A program made the position numbers and the translations under genes. Under the pieces are notes generated by a model, which saw only the letters and a program-made list of their open reading frames with translations, was not told the DNA's origin and did not search any database. From NCBI GenBank assembly GCA_963717365.1, contig OY970327.1:720348-784347 (forward strand): 64,000 bases of DNA, given 5' to 3'. Of this stretch, positions 58,655 to 64,000 are shown piece by piece. Position 1 is the first letter of the stretch. Each line of letters opens with the position of its first letter. The DNA comes from Candidatus Saccharimonadia bacterium (GTDB lineage: Bacteria; Patescibacteriota; Saccharimonadia; Saccharimonadales; 2-12-FULL-41-12).

Positions 58655-59203
58655 ATGAATGTCTACCAAAAAGCACCAACGGAATACGAAAACTTAGCCG
58701 ATCGCATTGGTCGGCAGACCGTTGCCGTATTAGCGGCATCAGAATTACTGGTTGAGAAACTAGCCGAACGCAACCTGCGCGTAACTGCAGTAGAATCTTG
58801 CACCGGCGGCGCGCTTTCGGCATTTATAACGGCCATCCCTGGATCCAGTGTAATCGTAAACGACGGACTGGTAACCTACTGCACTGAATCAAAAGTTGCT
58901 CATGGCGTCCCCAAGACCACAATTGATCAATACTCCGTCTATTCTACCGAAACAGCAGTCGCGATGGCCCGAGCTGGACTACGAAACTCTGTTGGCGCAG
59001 ACATAGGAATTGGTATAACTGGCAGCCTGTCACGGCCCGACCCGAACAATAGCAATTCTATCCCGGGTGAAGTGCATTTAGGTATTGTCTTCGGCAAAAA
59101 CGTCGCAGAACGCACCTTGATAATCCCCGAGGAAAACCGCTGGGAAGCAAAAATGCACATTGTACAGTCCACTATTGATGAATTATATTCCATACTGGGT
59201 TAA
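58655..59203 (+). CDS. pncC: CinA C-terminal domain / NMN amidohydrolase PncC family protein
   Basis: VESCTGGALSAFITAIPGSS matches the CinA_C/PncC signature (ESCTGG...PGSS). Confidence 0.75.
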   Translation: MNVYQKAPTEYENLADRIGRQTVAVLAASELLVEKLAERNLRVTAVESCTGGALSAFITAIPGSSVIVNDGLVTYCTESKVAHGVPKTTIDQYSVYSTETAVAMARAGLRNSVGADIGIGITGSLSRPDPNNSNSIPGEVHLGIVFGKNVAERTLIIPEENRWEAKMHIVQSTIDELYSILG

Positions 59204-59293
59204 GTGCTCATATTTCCAAGTCTCACTCTGACCTAACTCGGTAGTGTCATAAATTATACAAATTATCTCTGTTGAAGTTGATACGCTGTAGGG

Positions 59294-59479
59294 ATGAAAG
59301 AAATGAGTAAGACAAGCGGAAAAGTATACTTAACTTTGGCGGCGGTGTTTTTTTATGCGGCCGGAATTATTACGTTTCTTACTGATAATCAGTCGTCAAG
59401 CGCCATCGGCTGGATGTTTATCGTGCTCGGTAGCATGCAACTTACGCTGATTGCAGCCTTGAATACAAAAAAGTCATAA
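59294..59479 (+). CDS. small two-TM membrane protein
   Basis: 61-aa hydrophobic ORF with a GGGA-type SD. Confidence 0.4.
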   Translation: MKEMSKTSGKVYLTLAAVFFYAAGIITFLTDNQSSSAIGWMFIVLGSMQLTLIAALNTKKS

Positions 59480-59507
59480 ACCACTAAGTTGACATTTTAA
59501 CGCTTTT

Positions 59508-60071
59508 ATGCTAGTATTGTATAATCTAATCAACGCAATAAATGTAAAAATCAAAATGTCAGAAAAACAAACAAAAATACGAGAAGCATCACCGGAAGAT
59601 ATAAAAAATCTATACGCCCAGTGTGCTAACCTGCTAGTAACTTCTCCTGATAAAATCATAAAGCCATCTTATACGGACGGTATGTTGGTTGTCAGTGTCC
59701 CGCTTGAAACAACCGATGGGAAATGGCTCAATTTAAGTTGGTTGCGGCCTGCAAATCCACAAGATCCTACTACGGAGTGGGACGATATTCCGGTTCAGTT
59801 TTCAGATCCAGAAGGCGAACTTAGCTGGCAGACACCGATCGATATTAAAGTTTACGACCAAGCAACTGGCAGCCAGTTGAACGATTACATTATTGAAAAC
59901 GCGGGTTATGAGAGCGACGGCACCTGTTATGAAGCTCGCGCCGAAGACGGGTTTCGGTGTGGCTGGTCCGCCGTAGAATCTGGTTTGGATAACGGTGAAA
60001 TGACCACTCGGGAGGTCAATGGACTTCTGGCCCAAATTGACGCTGTCCTAACTGGTCAATTTCAAGAGTAA
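59508..60071 (+). CDS. hypothetical protein
   Basis: ORF; likely start MSEKQTK at 59556. Confidence 0.5.
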   Translation: MLVLYNLINAINVKIKMSEKQTKIREASPEDIKNLYAQCANLLVTSPDKIIKPSYTDGMLVVSVPLETTDGKWLNLSWLRPANPQDPTTEWDDIPVQFSDPEGELSWQTPIDIKVYDQATGSQLNDYIIENAGYESDGTCYEARAEDGFRCGWSAVESGLDNGEMTTREVNGLLAQIDAVLTGQFQE

Positions 60072-60076
60072 TTACA

Positions 60077-60571
60077 ATGTCTGATCCAGAAAAACCCAAA
60101 CAACCCGGCGAGTACGAAATCTTTGAAGATGAGTGGCTGCCACTCCAAGGGGACGGTATCTTATGTACTTCGAGCGTAACAACCTGTATAGCAGTTTCTA
60201 TTTACAGTCCTGCCGAACCTCAGGCTTTTTTGGGTCATTTTAATATTGGCTCAATGGCAGAAGATGGCAGCTTTAATACTATGCTGCAAGCAGCTTCCAG
60301 TAGCCTACCTCACCTGTCAGGCGTACGAATATGGGTTGGCGGTGGCGAATTAATACAGCCAGAGTCGCAAGACTATGGATTTGATGAAGAAGTAATCAAA
60401 ATTGCGAATGATGAAACCCTCGCGTTTCGGCAACAGGTTTTGGATAATCTATCGACCTTTGCTCCACAGGGCTCTGTGTTGCAAGAAACCTGGCTAAATA
60501 AGCCGTCGTTTATAAATTACTCCCTCGAAGTTAGCACGGGCCAAGAAGATATCACAATAATCGAAAACTAA
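60077..60571 (+). CDS. hypothetical protein with weak CheD-like (Cys-His deamidase) signature
   Basis: 164 aa. TSSVTTCIAVSIYSPAEPQAFLGHFNIG resembles the CheD GxC[VI][AG]V..Y[DS]P...H motif. Length matches CheD (~160 aa). Weak evidence. Confidence 0.45.
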   Translation: MSDPEKPKQPGEYEIFEDEWLPLQGDGILCTSSVTTCIAVSIYSPAEPQAFLGHFNIGSMAEDGSFNTMLQAASSSLPHLSGVRIWVGGGELIQPESQDYGFDEEVIKIANDETLAFRQQVLDNLSTFAPQGSVLQETWLNKPSFINYSLEVSTGQEDITIIEN

Positions 60572-60670
60572 AACCTGTTTTTCTGGTTTTATCGGTTGAC
60601 ATCTATGCGTTTTTATGCTACTATGTTAATAAGTATTTAAGATTAACACTAAAAATAAAAAGCTAAAAAT

Positions 60671-62779
60671 ATGTCCAGTACTACGTTAGAACGACCACAA
60701 GACGAAGAACAAGCCGAAACAGCGGCTATTCAGGAAAATCAAATTACTGCTGCCGAACTAGCGCAGCGGACTATTGCCGAACGTCTCCGTTCAGATATGA
60801 ATGTGCAGGGCATGTATGACTTACTAGCTCAGCAACCAGATATTCGGGCCGAAGTTGCCGAGGTGCAGGATCGCCGTGACGAACTTAACACCACCGATAT
60901 GCGGGCTTACTCGGCTGAGCTTATTGGGTTATCACTATCCCCTCGCGGCAACGAAATACTTGATTTAACTATCGAACGTAGCGTCGGCGAACGGACCGCA
61001 CGGGTCAAAGAAGCCCTCCGCCAAGGTGAAGTGCATGTCAATGACTTGGTAGTTGGCTCTGGTGTTCATTCATCTATTTACAACTCGGTGCGGGCCGAAG
61101 TCCTTCCTGAGAACCCTGCCCTCACCGTAGAACGCGAAGAACGTATTGGCGGCCAATTTGCTCAGACAGAAGAAGCTGGCTGGCGACTGAACACGCGCAC
61201 CCGTCCAGAGGATCCAGAACTGCCCAACCTTCCCGGTACTGCCGGCAGCTTGAATTCACTCGAAAGCGCCCCGATTCAGCAAGCTGATTTAACCGGTGAC
61301 GCTTACGGCACCCAGAAGTCACTGGCCGATGCCATTCGTGCCAGTCATCTGCTTGTCAGTGAAGTTATCAATAACTGCGAGGTAGTTACAGTACATAAAA
61401 TACAAGGCAAAGACAAAAACACCTATCTTGTACAAATGCACGATACCGAGACAGACGAAAACTATACGCTTAGTACTGACCGAATTATCTTCACAACCGG
61501 TCTCGGAGAATCTAGGACTGGCCTGGAAAATGCCGATGCCGAAACCCAGCAAATTCTTGCTGAAGAGAAAGAAAAACTAGTCCGTGGTGAAGTTCCTCAG
61601 GTCATGACAGGGGATGAATACATGCGGTTTGTCGGTAACGATGCTAACTCGTTCCCTCTCCAGGGGCAAAAGACTGTTGGTGTTGCTGGTCCTGGCGATG
61701 CAGGCGCCACAGTCGCTGAGTTCGATACCGGACATGGCCCTTCAACTAGAAAGTCAGTTAGTCAACTTGACCGCGTAGAAAAGGTCTTTTGGTTTGGTCA
61801 GAAGGCTATGAGCCGTGAGGAATTCCTAAAAACTAGTCGTGAAAGATATTCAGAAATGAGTCTTGAGTTTCCACGAGAAGGCGCAGAGGACTACCCCCAC
61901 CGGATCGAACCCGTGCCCTACCGCGCCATAGGCCTACGACGATACGAAGGACAAATCCAAGTTATTTATGGCGACCGGACTGGAAAAGAAGCTGGGCGAG
62001 CCCCAGTAGACCTACTTGTTCTAGCAACCGGGCTGAAAGATAAACTCGATGAGATTCTTAAGGGAGTCAGTGAAGAGTCTCTAGAGCGTGAACCATTTGC
62101 ATGCGCTGAAAGCGGAGAAAACCCCATTTGTAGAAGAGTCCAAGGCGAAGAGATTTATATAGCAGGGCCATCGGCGCAGCTTGAAGTTAACCAGACTGAA
62201 AAAGACAACTCGCCTGCTCTTTCAAGAATGAAAGTCACTAAAACTCCTGCTATTTGGTCATACGCGGACGATACCGCCATGCTAGCCCGTGAGTTAGCCG
62301 CCCAAGACAAGGCGAGGGGCTTAACCAGTCCGGCGCCAATTTTTGAAAAGCGGACAGCACCGATTAGAGAAATCAGCGCACCGAAGGAAGACACGCCTGA
62401 AGCTCATATTACTATCACTATTGGGAAAGAAACCCACATTCTTCCAACCAGCGCAAACAGCACCGATATGGTTCAGCTGTCGGTTGCCCAGAAGTTTCAG
62501 CGGACGCAGTGGCCTGAAGATCTAGAGTCTCTAAATCTAGAGATTACCCGCACCGAAGATTCCTTTGTGATCGGTTCTAAAGAGGGGCTGCTGTCTGACA
62601 GTGTCTGTAAAGAACTTGTCGCAGAATTATTTGAAGATAAAGTGATGCATGAGGTTACCTACAAACTTACTAATCCTAGGCACAACCGTGGACAGGCCAT
62701 CGATATACGAATCCCTTTACATCAGCGACAAATAAACGTCGGTGGCATTACCATGACGCCAGCACGGCGGGAATCATAA
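60671..62779 (+). CDS. large hypothetical protein with N-terminal Rossmann-like dinucleotide-binding motif
   Basis: 702 aa. DLVVGSGVHSSIY and later DLLVLATGL blocks suggest an FAD/NAD(P)-binding fold. No confident family assignment. Confidence 0.5.
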   Translation: MSSTTLERPQDEEQAETAAIQENQITAAELAQRTIAERLRSDMNVQGMYDLLAQQPDIRAEVAEVQDRRDELNTTDMRAYSAELIGLSLSPRGNEILDLTIERSVGERTARVKEALRQGEVHVNDLVVGSGVHSSIYNSVRAEVLPENPALTVEREERIGGQFAQTEEAGWRLNTRTRPEDPELPNLPGTAGSLNSLESAPIQQADLTGDAYGTQKSLADAIRASHLLVSEVINNCEVVTVHKIQGKDKNTYLVQMHDTETDENYTLSTDRIIFTTGLGESRTGLENADAETQQILAEEKEKLVRGEVPQVMTGDEYMRFVGNDANSFPLQGQKTVGVAGPGDAGATVAEFDTGHGPSTRKSVSQLDRVEKVFWFGQKAMSREEFLKTSRERYSEMSLEFPREGAEDYPHRIEPVPYRAIGLRRYEGQIQVIYGDRTGKEAGRAPVDLLVLATGLKDKLDEILKGVSEESLEREPFACAESGENPICRRVQGEEIYIAGPSAQLEVNQTEKDNSPALSRMKVTKTPAIWSYADDTAMLARELAAQDKARGLTSPAPIFEKRTAPIREISAPKEDTPEAHITITIGKETHILPTSANSTDMVQLSVAQKFQRTQWPEDLESLNLEITRTEDSFVIGSKEGLLSDSVCKELVAELFEDKVMHEVTYKLTNPRHNRGQAIDIRIPLHQRQINVGGITMTPARRES

Positions 62780-62791
62780 ACTGGTAATTTT

Positions 62792-63478
62792 ATGAATACT
62801 AGTGACAATACCCTCGACGCGCGTTCAATAACGCTGGCTGAGCGAGCCTACCGATTCAAGGCCAATGTGTCGGCCAACGACGACCGGACTATCTTTGATG
62901 AAGTGGGCGACGAATTAATTAGACTGGAAAACCCTCATCGTTTTTATGACGCACAGACCAAACTGGAAGCTACAAACAAGTGGACTGAAGAAAAGCGTGC
63001 CCTGGCCCACGAGCTTAATGACGCCGATAAAACTTTACGCAGTGAGCCGACCGTTAGCTACGAGGACGCACTAGGCTTGCTTGAACAGTGGATGAACAAG
63101 CACACAGACAACGGACATTCAGACAGCCAAGTGATGCATCAGCAGGCCAAAAAAGCTTTGTTACAGCTTGAACTTACCTCGTCTAGAACTATAAAGAAAC
63201 AATCACTGAATACTCTAATGGACGTTATGGAAGCAGCGCTTAGTCAGACTTCGCGCCAAAGCCCGCCACAAGATAGCCAGCTGCAAGATCATGAAAAAAT
63301 CAATCAAACTGTTTGCCTGTTGCGCCGGACTCGCGATGCCCTGCTGGTTTACCGAATGCTGAATTTCGACAATTTTGACCTGTTGAAGGCTGACGCCGAG
63401 GAAGAGGAAGATTACGACCGCGTTTCAGCCGTACGCCAAAACCTTGCCGGTATATATGCCGAGACCGATGTGAGATAA
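62792..63478 (+). CDS. hypothetical protein
   Basis: 228-aa ORF. Confidence 0.5.
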   Translation: MNTSDNTLDARSITLAERAYRFKANVSANDDRTIFDEVGDELIRLENPHRFYDAQTKLEATNKWTEEKRALAHELNDADKTLRSEPTVSYEDALGLLEQWMNKHTDNGHSDSQVMHQQAKKALLQLELTSSRTIKKQSLNTLMDVMEAALSQTSRQSPPQDSQLQDHEKINQTVCLLRRTRDALLVYRMLNFDNFDLLKADAEEEEDYDRVSAVRQNLAGIYAETDVR

Positions 63479-63514
63479 CCTTTCCCGTCCGGAAGTCTGG
63501 GGAGAAAATTACTA

Positions 63515-64000
63515 TTAGCTTTGCGTAGAAGGCTCAAAGCAGATAGTAGCCAGACCCAAGCTGCTATCGAATTGGTTTTCGAGAATGTGGCGTGTTTCAG
63601 CTTTTGTCATTGCCGGCTTGTAGGATCGCGTGCTTGCTAGAGCATCGAGTTCGTCGGCGAAAGCCATAACTTCTGCTGCTGTCTCAAACTGGCTTGGCCG
63701 TGCGCCATAAGGATCAACTGTTGAATAGGAGTGGTGAGCTTCTACCATTTCAGCCACCGCTTCGTTATTGGTAGACTGTCCGGCATAAGCCCGGATGATT
63801 CCAGCGCTGACCACAACATGGCGCTTTATTACTTTCATTGCTTTCTCGCGGGCTGATCCTTTGTAACGTTCTCGCGATGAGACAACGGATTGAATTTCTA
63901 GGTCCAACCGACCTATGTCATGACATTCTGCCGCGGTGGCAGTAAGTAGTAATTCTTCGCGGGAGAGTCCAAGACGACTCCCTAGGATCACTCCGGCAAT
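63515..64000 (-). CDS. HD-domain phosphohydrolase (C-terminal part; gene start lies beyond window end)
   Basis: HD motif AAECHDIGRLD and downstream His/Asp residues. The ORF continues to the window edge. Confidence 0.6.
   Translation of the reverse strand: MAGVILGSRLGLSREELLLTATAAECHDIGRLDLEIQSVVSSRERYKGSAREKAMKVIKRHVVVSAGIIRAYAGQSTNNEAVAEMVEAHHSYSTVDPYGARPSQFETAAEVMAFADELDALASTRSYKPAMTKAETRHILENQFDSSLGLATICFEPSTQS

Overview
This is a gene-dense 64-kb bacterial chromosomal window with coding on both strands.

**Recognisable core genes.** gyrA (N-terminal part, runs off the window start) and gyrB; a ComM/YifB Mg-chelatase-like ATPase; infC-rpmI-rplT; RNase P RNA (rnpB, minus strand, not in the ORF track); an RNase HI fused to a DCoH/pterin-dehydratase-like domain; a MOSC protein; rpmB; miaA; an alkyltransferase-like (ATL) protein; a HAD 5'(3')-deoxyribonucleotidase; a short-form thrS whose leader carries its own promoter and an intrinsic terminator; nrdR; a processive GT2 glycosyltransferase; pncC/cinA; and an M50 site-2 protease. 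There are four tRNAs: Pro(GGG), Val(GAC), Thr(CGT) and Asp(GTC).

**Likely organism type (inference only).** The content suggests a small-genome organism with a Gram-positive-type envelope, possibly CPR/Saccharibacteria-like. Supporting features are an LPXTG sortase substrate, a ThrRS without the N-terminal domains, Tat and lipoprotein signals, and many ORFans.

**Accessory content.**
1. A three-gene operon at 9.5-13.6 kb: small membrane protein, Pro-rich protein, and a ~1060-aa membrane-anchored DUF87/HerA-FtsK-VirB4-superfamily ATPase with a ~330-aa P/Q/A-rich tail.
2. A tRNA-Asp-adjacent island at 39.5-44.9 kb. It carries a large serine recombinase interrupted by a single in-frame TAA, and an overlapping-gene operon of a TerS-like HTH protein, an MSOX-like flavin amine oxidase, and an OLD-family ABC-ATPase/TOPRIM nuclease (a candidate defence module with unusual partners).
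3. A ~19-kb, almost entirely plus-strand array of ORFans at 44.9-63.5 kb. It contains a three-member paralogous family, two ~47-bp direct repeats resembling the tRNA-Asp 3' end, and a compositionally foreign GC3-rich mini-segment encoding two small two-TM peptides next to a 17-bp perfect hairpin.
4. A dispersed family of 49-bp palindromic (REP-like) intergenic repeats in 4 full copies and 1 partial copy.
5. A promoter-to-terminator ~150-nt structured small-RNA candidate upstream of comM.
6. A 260-bp highly structured convergent intergenic region of unknown class.

No CRISPR array and no rRNA were found.
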